A model generated the notes under the pieces. The model worked only from the letters and a program-made list of their open reading frames with translations, made no database searches and was not told where the DNA came from. From NCBI GenBank assembly GCA_027064845.1, contig JAMOPC010000159.1, positions 1-52,140 on the forward strand: DNA of 52,140 nucleotides, written 5' to 3'. Positions 1 through 8,478 of the stretch are shown one piece after another. The translations under genes and the position numbers were made by a program. Origin of the DNA: Desulfurococcales archaeon. GTDB lineage: Archaea > Thermoproteota > Thermoprotei_A > Sulfolobales > Desulfurococcaceae. Every line of letters starts with the position of its first letter. Positions within the stretch are counted from its first letter, which is position 1.

Positions 1-244
1 GGATATTTTCTTTGTTTTCCGCATAATTTGTATCTAGCACCATGTAAACACCATCGCTCCATTTAACTAAGTAGCCAAGCTTAGTCATTGTAACTAGGAT
101 TCTACCAGCTGTTTTTGGGCTTATACCGAGCTCGTATGCAACCTCGTGTACTCTAATAAATCTCTTTCCCCGGTCCCTAAACCTCATAGCTAGAAGTCTT
201 AGATCAATAGTTATTGTTGCAGTGTATTTGTTCTTTTTCCTCAT
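1..244 (-). CDS. Winged helix-turn-helix DNA-binding protein, 5' part only (runs off the window edge)
   Basis: Minus-strand ATG at 244..242. Translation is MRKKNKYTATITIDLRLLAMRFRDRGKRFIRVHEVAYELGISPKTAGRILVTMTKLGYLVKWSDGVYMVLD..., with an HTH-like segment ELGISPKTAGRIL. A TATA-like TATTTAAATA lies about 30 nt upstream. It is absent from the ORF track because there is no stop inside the window. Confidence 0.5.
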   Translation of the reverse strand, partial: MRKKNKYTATITIDLRLLAMRFRDRGKRFIRVHEVAYELGISPKTAGRILVTMTKLGYLVKWSDGVYMVLDTNYAENKENI

Positions 245-348
245 AGCTCTCTCCTCGTCATAGAATAGGGCCTTATTTAAATAACCGGGTCCTAGGCGAA
301 ACTAAACAACCTAATTATCTAATGAATATATCTGGAGACATTCTTAGT

Positions 349-404
349 GCTCAGGGCCAAGGAACTTCTTCACTTATCTGCACGGAGCCGATGCTCATCA
401 TCGC
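349..404 (-). ncRNA. C/D box sRNA candidate 1
   Basis: Minus strand reads GCG-ATGATGA-gcatcggctccgtg-CAGA-taa-GTGAAGA-agttccttggcc-CTGA-GC. C box is at 395..401, D' at 377..380, C' at 367..373 and D at 351..354. There are exactly 12 nt between C' and D. It lies in a non-coding gap. Confidence 0.5.
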
Positions 405-458
405 TTCCAAGAAGAATAAGAATTATTAAACTCCTTGATATAAACGTATTGATAGAGT

Positions 459-560
459 GCCGGGGTAGCTCAGCCTGGTAGAGCGCCGGGCTGTTAACCC
501 ACGGGTTCGAGGAGCCTGGCAGACACCCGGTGGTCCGGGGTTCGAATCCCCGCCCCGGCG
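459..560 (+). tRNA. tRNA-Asn (anticodon GTT) with a roughly 28-nt intron 3' of position 37
   Basis: Acceptor GCCGGGG/CCCCGGC with discriminator G. D arm is GCTC-AGCCTGGTA-GAGC. Anticodon stem is CCGGG with loop CTGTTA[intron]A and the 3' stem CCCGG follows the intron. T arm is CGGGG-TTCGAAT-CCCCG. No CCA is encoded. Confidence 0.9.
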
Positions 561-647
561 CTTTTCCTATTAATTCTCAGTTACATTTATATCCCTCCAT
601 AAGCGATTTCATAGGTGATGTAAAATAATTGTTTATAGGTGTTGTAA

Positions 648-857
648 ATGGCTCCTATAGAAGTGTTTAGTAAGGAGGAGTTCAAGAAATATGCTGAGAA
701 GGCAATAGAGTGTAGAATATACAGAGATCATAAGAGATCAATAGCCAAGATCAAAGCTAGGACTAAGAAAAAACTTATAACGATAAAGATACCATTAGAT
801 CAGCTCGAATCCTTCTTATCTGATATAAAGTGCGAGAATATTGTTGAAATTAAGTAA
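648..857 (+). CDS. rpl38e: Ribosomal protein L38e (eL38)
   Basis: 69-aa basic protein MAPIEVFSKEEFKKYAEKAIECRIY...KIKARTKKKLITIKI. Its size and the pattern EEF..A.KA..C...K.K.RT.K.L.T.K fit eL38 as I recall it. An AGGTG Shine-Dalgarno lies upstream. Confidence 0.6.
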   Translation: MAPIEVFSKEEFKKYAEKAIECRIYRDHKRSIAKIKARTKKKLITIKIPLDQLESFLSDIKCENIVEIK

Positions 858-865
858 ACATTATT

Positions 866-2155
866 TTAGGCTTCTAGTTTAATTTCTTCACCGTTACTTG
901 GTGTATAAATATTTATGTCTTTTCCAAGGGCTTCTCTAGCCATACTCGCTAGCTTCGTTGTTGACTCGGGTTCACCATGTATGATAACTATGTTCTTCAA
1001 TACATGTTTGTAGCGGAGCATAATTGATAATAAACCATCCTTGCCTGCATGACTCGACAAGTCAAACCATTCAAGCCTAGCTCTCATTTCCTCAATTCCT
1101 AGTTCTTCGAGTTTCCCTTTCTCAAGCAATATATGGCCAGGGGAATTTGGTGCTTGATAGCTTACTAAGAATACCGCGTTCTTAGGGTTATCGCTTATTT
1201 TCTTAAGATAATAAACACTTGGTCCTCCTTTGAGCATACCTGCTGAGGATATTATAACACTAGGTGTTTTCCATGCTTTTCTCCTATCACTCCATCCTCG
1301 TATGAAGAATGTGTTTTCCACAGCTTTTTGGAACATAGCTGGGTCTCTTAGGAAATTCTTGTATTTTAAATAAATATTCGTGATATCACGAGACATCCCG
1401 TCAACATATATATTTACATGTGGGAGTTCTGCTTGTACCAAGCACATTACTTCTTGTGTCCTACCAACGCTAAATGCTGGTATTAATACTGTTCCTCCAC
1501 TATCTATTACCTCTTCTATAGCATCGATCAATCGTTTCTCGCTCATATGGCGTGGAGGATGTTTTGTTGAACCATATGTGGACTCTATTATTAACGTATC
1601 TATCTTTATAGGCCAGAGCTGTGCTCTGTTCAGTGTCCATGTCTGGATTGTGTTAACGTCACCAGTATATAGTATTCTATGACCGCTGGGTGTTTCGAGA
1701 TAGATCATTGAACTGCCAAGTATGTGGCCAGCATCAGTGAATAATAATGTAAATTCCCCTGCTTCTTCTTCAACACCATATTCCATGAACTTGGCTTTGG
1801 TAGCCATTGTTTCAAATTCTCCTATATCATAATCAACATAGTAAGCGTTTAGTTTGAGAAAGTCATTAATTAATAACTTCCCTATATCGAGTGTTGGTTT
1901 TGTAACATATAATGGTGGTTTGCCGGTAATATATAAGAGTGGAGCAGCTCCTATATGGTCAAGATGTGCATGTGTAATAGCTATGCCTGATAAGTCTATT
2001 GGGCGGACGTGGAGAGGAAATTGTGGGTGATCTTCTTCATCGAAGTTAACACCATAATCGAGTAAGAAGTACTTGTTCTTATCAATAACTAAATATGCTG
2101 CACGACCTACTTCTTGTCCACCGCCAAGGATTTTTAAAAACACCATTCTCCTCAC
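866..2155 (-). CDS. Metallo-beta-lactamase / beta-CASP ribonuclease (aCPSF2-like, no KH domains)
   Basis: Contains the HxHxDH motif (THAHLDHIGAAP). Downstream DAGH, beta-CASP-like segments and a C-terminal IIHGE fit the family. Length is 429 aa. Confidence 0.85.
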   Translation of the reverse strand: MRRMVFLKILGGGQEVGRAAYLVIDKNKYFLLDYGVNFDEEDHPQFPLHVRPIDLSGIAITHAHLDHIGAAPLLYITGKPPLYVTKPTLDIGKLLINDFLKLNAYYVDYDIGEFETMATKAKFMEYGVEEEAGEFTLLFTDAGHILGSSMIYLETPSGHRILYTGDVNTIQTWTLNRAQLWPIKIDTLIIESTYGSTKHPPRHMSEKRLIDAIEEVIDSGGTVLIPAFSVGRTQEVMCLVQAELPHVNIYVDGMSRDITNIYLKYKNFLRDPAMFQKAVENTFFIRGWSDRRKAWKTPSVIISSAGMLKGGPSVYYLKKISDNPKNAVFLVSYQAPNSPGHILLEKGKLEELGIEEMRARLEWFDLSSHAGKDGLLSIMLRYKHVLKNIVIIHGEPESTTKLASMAREALGKDINIYTPSNGEEIKLEA

Positions 2156-2288
2156 ACGCTATTATTATCCTTTTGATCGTTATTGACAAGTATTCTTATT
2201 TGCAAACCAAATTATATATCCTAACTATATCAATTAAAGTATGTGAGGAGAATCATAGATAACGGAATGCTTATATGGTGTATGTAAA

Positions 2289-2642
2289 ATGTTTCCTGGA
2301 ATGAGTCCTAGAGAATTAAGACGTGCACTAAAAAGGCTCGGTATACAGGTAAACGAATTAGAAGACGTCAAGGAAGTACAGATCATCTTGTCGGATAAAA
2401 AGATAGTGATTGAGAAACCCCAGGTTCTTGAAATGAAATCTGCTGGCCAATCTATTTTCCAAATAATAGGTACTCCGAGAATTGAAGAATTAGAAGAAAC
2501 AATAGAGGTGTCCGAAGAAGATATAGAATTTGTTATTTCTCAAACAGGTGTATCAAGAGAAGAGGCAAGGGAAGCTTTAATAAAAGCAAAAGGTGATTTA
2601 GCTGAAGCAATACTTTACCTAAAAGAAAAAGGCAGTGGGTAA
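2289..2642 (+). CDS. nac: Nascent polypeptide-associated complex protein (archaeal NAC) with C-terminal UBA domain
   Basis: The N-terminus MFPGMSPRELRRALKRLGI is typical of archaeal NAC. The C-terminal VSREEAREALIKAKGDLAEAILYL is UBA-like. Confidence 0.85.
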   Translation: MFPGMSPRELRRALKRLGIQVNELEDVKEVQIILSDKKIVIEKPQVLEMKSAGQSIFQIIGTPRIEELEETIEVSEEDIEFVISQTGVSREEAREALIKAKGDLAEAILYLKEKGSG

Positions 2643-2695
2643 AGTTAAAGAATTTATTACGTAAAATTATTTGCGATTATTTAACTGGTGGGATT

Positions 2696-5263
2696 TTGAA
2701 ATATAGTACAATTGGTAATGTTTATAGATTGTTTGACCAAGAACAAGTGGGAGAACTCAATAAACCAGCTTATCTCCTCAACGTATATTATGACGGAAGT
2801 ATTGGTAAAGCAGTTCTTGTTTTTTTGGATGAGAGAGGCGATAAACTATATTTTATACCGGATCCTATGGGGCATAAGCCATATTTCCTTACTAACGAGT
2901 CACCTGAACAAGTACAGTCAAATAGGAAGATAGTTGATCACCCAGGTTTTGATAGTATAGAGACTGTTATTAAAATAGATCCTTTTACTATGAAAGAAGT
3001 AAGGCTAACAAGGATCGTGACAAAGGATCCATTAAGCGTGGCTAAACTCAGAGAATATGTTTCCAAGGCATGGGAGGCTAAGATAAAGTATCATGACAAC
3101 TACATCTATGATTTCCAATTAATACCGGGCATGAGGTATGTTATTAAAAACATTGGTATGAAAAAAGTATTCAAAATGATAGAGCCAGAGATATCTCCAG
3201 AGACAATTAATAAGGTTAGAAGCATTTTTAGTAAAGAAGCTAAAGAAACAATCAAGCTAGCCGAAGAATGGATACCATTATTCGAGGAAACCCCACCAAA
3301 AGCTAAGCGTTTAGCAATTGATATAGAAGTATATACTCCTTTCAAGGGACGAGTTCCTAACCCTAAACTTGCTGAATACCCTATAATTAGTGTTGCATTA
3401 GTAAGCAATGATGGATTAAATAAAGTCCTCGTTTTGGGGAGAGAAAGTACATGGGGAGAAATACCTCCCGAATATCCCTATAAAGCAGAGATAGAAGTAT
3501 TTGACTCCGAAGAAGCATTAATATATGAAACCTTTAGGATCATTACCAAGTATCCTCTTGTGATTACTTTTAATGGTGACAACTTCGACTTACTCTACCT
3601 ATTTAACAGAGCACTACGAATAGGAATACCTCGAGAACACATACCTTTCAAGCTTGGAGAAGACATCGTCAGAATAGAAACGAGTATTCACATAGATTTA
3701 TACAAATTCTTCAAGAATAGGGCTATTAAAAGCTATGCTTTTGGAGGAAAATATCAGGAAGAAAACTTAGACTCTATAGCTTCAGCTCTTCTAGGCATAT
3801 CAAAAATAAGTGTTGAAGGAAATATAGGAGAACTCACTATATCAAGACTAATCGCTTACAACTACAGAGATGCAGAGATAACACTTATGCTTACAACATT
3901 TAATAACGAACTTGTTTGGAGGCTTATGATACTATTATCGCGTATAGCGAAAGTAGGAATAGAAGACGTATGTAGGAAAAGTATATCGAAATGGATACAA
4001 AACCTATTCTACTGGATACATAGAAAACTCAATTACTTAATCCCAGAACCTGAAGACATATGGAGGCATGGCAAAGCCAGTACTACGCAAGCCACTATAG
4101 AAGGAAAGAAATATGCTGGAGCTCTCGTGATAGAGCCTCCCAAAGGAATATTCTTTAAAATAACAGTTCTTGACGTAGCATCTCTGTATCCGAGCATTAT
4201 TAAAAAATATAACTTAAGCTACGAAACGGTCGACAGCAATACTTGTAAAGAAATAATAGATGTAATCGATGAAACAGGTAGAAAAATCCACCACGTATGC
4301 ATAGATAGGCCTGGATTAACAGCGCAAATAACGGGTTTGCTCAGAGATTTCCGTGTAGGCATTTATAAGAAGAAAGCCAAGTCGAAAGAAATACCCTTAG
4401 AGCTACAGACATGGTACGATGTTGTACAAAGAGCTATGAAAGTATTCATAAATGCAAGCTATGGAGTTTTCGGTGCAGAGAACTTCCCACTATACTCGCC
4501 AGCAGTTGCGGAAAGTGTAACGGCTCTAGGGAGAAAATCTCTTTACTCTATACTAAAGAAAGCAGCAGAAATCGGTGTCAAGGTAATATATGGTGATACA
4601 GACTCTATATTCTTATGGGCGCCTACAAAAGAACAATTAATGAAACTCCAAGAATGGGTATCTAAGACCCTAGGATTAGAGATTGAAGTTGACAAGGAGT
4701 TCACATACGTATTATTCACTGGTTTAAAGAAAAACTATATTGGTAGATATGTTGATGGTGGTATTGAAATTAAAGGACTAATGGCTAAAAAGAGGAATAC
4801 ACCAGAATTCCTAAAAGAACTATTCACAGAACTTATAGAGAAGCTAAAAACTGCTCAATCCCCGGAGGACTTTATATTATTCAAGAACTGGTTAGAGAAA
4901 GAAATCAAGAACTTATATACTTCTTTAAAGAGGAAAGAGATAACTCTAGACCAATTAGCTTTTAGAGTTGGTTTAACTAAGAAACTCGAAGAATATACAA
5001 AGAACAAACCGCCCCACGTCAAAGCGGCTTTGCAACTAAAAATGTATGGATACACTGTTGAAGAAGGAGATATAATAACATATGTTAAGGTAAAGACACG
5101 TGATGGATACAAAGCTATTCAATTAGCTAAACTCTATGAAATAGATCCTGATAAATATATTGAGATAATTAGTAGTGCTCTAAGCCAGTTATTAGAAGCA
5201 TTTGGTGTACAATGGGATGATATAATAGGTGGTACAAGGCTACGAGAAATTAGTATAATCTAG
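2696..5263 (+). CDS. polB1: Family B DNA polymerase, crenarchaeal PolB1 (Dpo1) type
   Basis: Exo motifs DIEV and FNGDNFD are present. Pol motifs DVASLYPSII, KVFINASYGVFG and YGDTDSIF are intact. Long stretches (YDGSIGKAV, GHKPYFL, IKYHDNYIYDFQLIPGM, GLLRDFRVGIYKKKAK) match my recollection of Sulfolobus Dpo1. The start is TTG. Confidence 0.9.
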   Translation: MKYSTIGNVYRLFDQEQVGELNKPAYLLNVYYDGSIGKAVLVFLDERGDKLYFIPDPMGHKPYFLTNESPEQVQSNRKIVDHPGFDSIETVIKIDPFTMKEVRLTRIVTKDPLSVAKLREYVSKAWEAKIKYHDNYIYDFQLIPGMRYVIKNIGMKKVFKMIEPEISPETINKVRSIFSKEAKETIKLAEEWIPLFEETPPKAKRLAIDIEVYTPFKGRVPNPKLAEYPIISVALVSNDGLNKVLVLGRESTWGEIPPEYPYKAEIEVFDSEEALIYETFRIITKYPLVITFNGDNFDLLYLFNRALRIGIPREHIPFKLGEDIVRIETSIHIDLYKFFKNRAIKSYAFGGKYQEENLDSIASALLGISKISVEGNIGELTISRLIAYNYRDAEITLMLTTFNNELVWRLMILLSRIAKVGIEDVCRKSISKWIQNLFYWIHRKLNYLIPEPEDIWRHGKASTTQATIEGKKYAGALVIEPPKGIFFKITVLDVASLYPSIIKKYNLSYETVDSNTCKEIIDVIDETGRKIHHVCIDRPGLTAQITGLLRDFRVGIYKKKAKSKEIPLELQTWYDVVQRAMKVFINASYGVFGAENFPLYSPAVAESVTALGRKSLYSILKKAAEIGVKVIYGDTDSIFLWAPTKEQLMKLQEWVSKTLGLEIEVDKEFTYVLFTGLKKNYIGRYVDGGIEIKGLMAKKRNTPEFLKELFTELIEKLKTAQSPEDFILFKNWLEKEIKNLYTSLKRKEITLDQLAFRVGLTKKLEEYTKNKPPHVKAALQLKMYGYTVEEGDIITYVKVKTRDGYKAIQLAKLYEIDPDKYIEIISSALSQLLEAFGVQWDDIIGGTRLREISII

Positions 5264-5363
5264 CTCAACGAGTCCTTGATCACCATAATAGTTTATAATA
5301 CTTTTATTTTATCTAAGAATAGTGAGCCTATATTTAAGAGGTAAAAGTACCAAGGTGAAACAA

Positions 5364-5651
5364 ATGCCCAAGAAGAGAGAAAGTAGAGGAAGACATAAAG
5401 GTTCGAAAGGAAAAGTTGATGTAGTACAATGTGATAACTGTGGTAGGCTTGTTCCAAGAGACAAGGCAATATGTGTTACAAGATGGTACAGCCCCGTGAA
5501 TCCACAGCTTGCTCGTGAGCTCGAAAAGAAGGGAGCAATAATTATGAAATACCCAGTGACTAAGTGCTATTGTGTATCATGCGCGGTTCATTTCGGTATA
5601 GTGAAGGTTAGGCCGGAACATGAGAGGAAACCTAAGCCACAGCCAATATAA
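5364..5651 (+). CDS. rps26e: Ribosomal protein S26e (eS26)
   Basis: MPKKRESRGRHKGSKGKVDVVQCDNCGRLVPRDKAI... is the canonical eS26 zinc-ribbon N-terminus. I chose the ATG at 5364 with GGTGA 6 nt upstream. The ORF track starts 42 nt earlier, at 5322. Confidence 0.9.
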   Translation: MPKKRESRGRHKGSKGKVDVVQCDNCGRLVPRDKAICVTRWYSPVNPQLARELEKKGAIIMKYPVTKCYCVSCAVHFGIVKVRPEHERKPKPQPI

Positions 5652-6114
5652 ACAAATATTATTCATAGAGTACAATCCTTATTTTAACCGCATAGATATC
5701 ATTAAAAGAATAATCTATCTCTCCAAGTTTTTGGAAACAATTAAGAAAGTAAGTATATTATTCTTCAATCAGAGCAAACATAGTTATTATTTAGTTGACA
5801 TTATAAAAGGTAATTATTCAGCTTTACCAACTAATTATTATGAAGCAATAAAACGTTTTATGAGAGAATGTAAGTCTATATGTATTATGGATGAAAATGG
5901 AGAAAATATATTTAGAGAAGAAAAAAGCTGTGATTGTATAATATCGGGGCTACATAGCGATATTCCTTCATCAACTATTGATTATATTGAGAAATACCTT
6001 ACTATATACAGAGTAAAGCTATCAAATATAAGCTATTTAGCTACACAAGTTCTTTTAATAATAGATTTTCTTAATAAAGCACAGAATATCCTCTATCTCC
6101 TCCCAAAACTATAA
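5620..6114 (+). CDS. Hypothetical protein, possible divergent SPOUT-class (TrmY/DUF358-like) methyltransferase
   Basis: A 164-codon ORF in very AT-rich DNA is unlikely by chance. The C-terminal half ENGENIF...CIISGLHSDIPSSTIDYIEK...VKLSNISYLATQVLLIIDFLNK resembles the SPOUT knot region of TrmY as I recall it. The start is uncertain because it overlaps the S26e stop. Confidence 0.45.
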   Translation: MRGNLSHSQYKQILFIEYNPYFNRIDIIKRIIYLSKFLETIKKVSILFFNQSKHSYYLVDIIKGNYSALPTNYYEAIKRFMRECKSICIMDENGENIFREEKSCDCIISGLHSDIPSSTIDYIEKYLTIYRVKLSNISYLATQVLLIIDFLNKAQNILYLLPKL

Positions 6115-6155
6115 AAATACGCGATTATTATACTCTATCCATTGAGGTGTTGTTG

Positions 6156-6476
6156 ATGCCTAAAGTAAAGAAGATAATACTAGTTACAGCAACTCATCAC
6201 CCTTATCATAGCTTATGGAAAAAACTAGCAGAGGAAGTAGCTAATAGGCATGGTATTGAACTAGAAATACGGTATGAGGACTACGTCTTCCTCATTGAGC
6301 ATGGTGATACAGATGAGTATGGAATGGCTTGGGTACCACAAATACTAGCCGAGTTTGATGATGGTTCAATAAAAGTACTGTTATCACAGCTCCCACTAAA
6401 TGAGGCTTTACAGCCAGATCCGGAAAAGGCTCTTGAGATTATGGAGGAAAAGATAAAACAGTATGAAGGGCAGTAA
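6156..6476 (+). CDS. Hypothetical small acidic protein
   Basis: The ORF has coding-like composition and is 109 aa from the GTG at 6147 or 106 aa from the ATG at 6156. I recognise no motif. Confidence 0.5.
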   Translation: MPKVKKIILVTATHHPYHSLWKKLAEEVANRHGIELEIRYEDYVFLIEHGDTDEYGMAWVPQILAEFDDGSIKVLLSQLPLNEALQPDPEKALEIMEEKIKQYEGQ

Positions 6477-6577
6477 GACTGATACTAATTGTATAAAAAC
6501 ACTAGCAAAATATTAAGCACAAATTTGTTTTTATATTAACTGGGATATCCTTTACTAGTCAAGGTGAAGCCATAAGT

Positions 6578-7063
6578 ATGCCTTATCATGTTCCATACGT
6601 GCCTACGCCTTTGCCTGTTGTTCGAGCTATGTTAAAACTTGCTGAAGCAGGACCAGACGATATTGTTTACGACTTAGGTTGCGGGGATGGGAGAATATTA
6701 ATAATTGCTGTAAAAGAATTTGGCGTAAAGAAAGCTGTCGGAATAGATAGGGATCCTAATAGAATTAACGAAGCTTATAAAAATGCTAAAGATCACGGTG
6801 TATTAGACAGAATATTATTGATAAACGATGATTTCTTTAACGTTGATATAAGCGAAGCAACTATTGTTACACTATTCTTACTCACAATAGTAAATGAAGC
6901 TCTTAAGCCAAAGTTTGAAAAAGAACTACATGATGGTACACGAATAGTTAGTCATGAATTCAGGATTCCGGGTTGGAAGCCACGAAAAGTTGTTGAAGTA
7001 AGAGATCATAACGGCTTATCTCATACTATTTATTTATATGTAAAAGGTAAGCATAAGTACTAA
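6578..7063 (+). CDS. Small class I SAM-dependent methyltransferase, crenarchaeal protein-lysine methyltransferase (aKMT)-like
   Basis: Motif I is VYDLGCGDGRILIIA. The N-terminus PYHVPYVPTPLPVVRAML and the size of 161 aa match my recollection of Sulfolobus aKMT. Confidence 0.7.
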   Translation: MPYHVPYVPTPLPVVRAMLKLAEAGPDDIVYDLGCGDGRILIIAVKEFGVKKAVGIDRDPNRINEAYKNAKDHGVLDRILLINDDFFNVDISEATIVTLFLLTIVNEALKPKFEKELHDGTRIVSHEFRIPGWKPRKVVEVRDHNGLSHTIYLYVKGKHKY

Positions 7064-7081
7064 CTGTTATTGTTAATTTAG

Positions 7082-7858
7082 TTAAACAATTTTTCTAGCG
7101 AATACTATGTATCCAGTGTGGCCTATCATAAATGTTTTTGGTCTAGTAGCTCCTTCCTCAGCAAGGTATTCTCTTAACAAGACTTCATATACATGTATAT
7201 CTATGAACTTATTAGATATCTTCATTGACACAACAGTTTTTTCTACTTGATTAACAGTAGGCACGTATATCAGGATAGGCATTGATGGTTTTAAGGCACG
7301 GTATGCTGTTTCAAGCGCATTCCATGGGTCCGGTAAGTCATAGAACACAGCATCAAATACTTCTTCTTGAACAATTGATGAATCCCTAATATCTCCTAGT
7401 ACTAGCTGAACCTTATCTATTAACCCTGCCTTTTCTAGGTTATGTTTAGCAATCTCTAAATGTTCTTTCCTAATGTCAAATCCTATAATTTTTCCTCGAT
7501 TACTTATGAAGTTTGCAAGTGATATTGTTAAGAAGCCTGTTCCAACACCTGCTTCAAGTATTTTTGAGTCAGGATTTATGCTTGATAAGTATATCATTAA
7601 TGAGGAGTCTTTTGGGTAAATTATTTGTGTGACCCTATTAATTGCGTGGAGATAATCTATGAGTAATGGTTTTAACAAATATGCTTTAACGCCTTGACTT
7701 GTATATATGTGTTCACCGTACCTCTTACCTACAATGTCATTGTGTTTTATATACCCTTTATCTGTTCCTAGTATATTATTCTCCGTTATTCTAATAGTAT
7801 ATATTCTCTTTGGATCAATGTATATTGTTACAATATCTCCGTAGTCGAGTTTTTTCAT
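7082..7858 (-). CDS. trmI: tRNA (adenine58-N1)-methyltransferase TrmI (Gcd14 family)
   Basis: Contains EAGVGTGFLTISLA (SAM motif I) and the DLPDPW motif characteristic of TrmI/Gcd14. Length is 258 aa. Confidence 0.85.
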   Translation of the reverse strand: MKKLDYGDIVTIYIDPKRIYTIRITENNILGTDKGYIKHNDIVGKRYGEHIYTSQGVKAYLLKPLLIDYLHAINRVTQIIYPKDSSLMIYLSSINPDSKILEAGVGTGFLTISLANFISNRGKIIGFDIRKEHLEIAKHNLEKAGLIDKVQLVLGDIRDSSIVQEEVFDAVFYDLPDPWNALETAYRALKPSMPILIYVPTVNQVEKTVVSMKISNKFIDIHVYEVLLREYLAEEGATRPKTFMIGHTGYIVFARKIV

Positions 7859-7868
7859 AATAGATCAT

Positions 7869-7925
7869 CTTCGGTCCTGGTGTCAGTCATCATCTCGTAT
7901 CAGTAATACCAACCATCCACATCCT
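7869..7925 (-). ncRNA. C/D box sRNA-like element in the trmI leader (outer boxes degenerate)
   Basis: Minus strand reads ATGTGGA-tggttggtatta-CTGA-tacgag-ATGATGA-ctgacaccagga-CCGA. The spacing is exact 12/6/12 and the inner CTGA/ATGATGA pair is perfect. The outer boxes have 2 and 1 mismatches. It ends 10 nt before the trmI ATG. Confidence 0.3.
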
Positions 7926-7983
7926 CGTATGGGTATATTATATAAAGCTTTAATTTATGTTTTCTTTAAGGGTGAAGTATTTA

Positions 7984-8451
7984 ATGAATAAGGAAAAACC
8001 AATGTATTTAATGAGTATTCGACCCAAATATGCTTACAGAATATTCACAGGTATTAAGAAGTTTGAGCTGAGAAAATGGTTTGGAGTAATTCCTGAAAAG
8101 AGATCTATAATTATAGTTTATGCTAGTGGATCAGTTAGAGCTATTATTGGTGAATTTACTGTTGGGAACATTATCATCGGTAAACCTAGCGAGGTTTGGG
8201 ATAAGCTTTCTAAATATGAAAGTATAGGGGTTGGTAACGAAGATTATCAATATATTAGAGGATCGAAAACAGCTATGGCTTTAGAGGTAGTGGATCCTAT
8301 CCTATATGTTAAGCCAATCACCCTTGAAGAACTAAGATCCATAATCCCTGGTTTTATGCCTCCATTTAGTTTTAGGAGATTATCACCCGATGAACCCTTG
8401 TATGAATTAATAATTAAGAAGGCACGAAAACTAGTGAAGCAAGTTTCTTAA
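7984..8451 (+). CDS. ASCH (PUA-like) domain protein
   Basis: MSIRPKYAYRIFTGIKKFELRK is the typical ASCH N-terminal strand. I chose the ATG at 7984 because of GGTGA 7 nt upstream. The ORF is open from 7957. Confidence 0.65.
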   Translation: MNKEKPMYLMSIRPKYAYRIFTGIKKFELRKWFGVIPEKRSIIIVYASGSVRAIIGEFTVGNIIIGKPSEVWDKLSKYESIGVGNEDYQYIRGSKTAMALEVVDPILYVKPITLEELRSIIPGFMPPFSFRRLSPDEPLYELIIKKARKLVKQVS

Positions 8452-8478
8452 AAACTCTTAATTGGAAGTACTATTATA

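Noticed and set aside
1380-1682. 100-aa plus-strand ORF inside the beta-CASP gene, with similar internal or antisense ORFs at 2712..2933, 3106..3408, 4411..4596, 4855..5112, 9331..9513, 15763..16166, 18118..18306, 18974..19339, 19986..20216, 21309..21629, 21884..22222, 22241..22940, 23229..24106, 27312..28373, 28771..29262, 30952..31541, 32991..33395, 34462..34797, 35266..35772, 36373..36862, 37926..38329, 38880..39155, 39446..39643, 40672..41156, 42383..42664, 44601..44819 and 46282..46951
   Set aside because: All are nested in, or antisense to, genes with clear family assignments. They show shadow-frame composition and lack independent motifs or translation signals.
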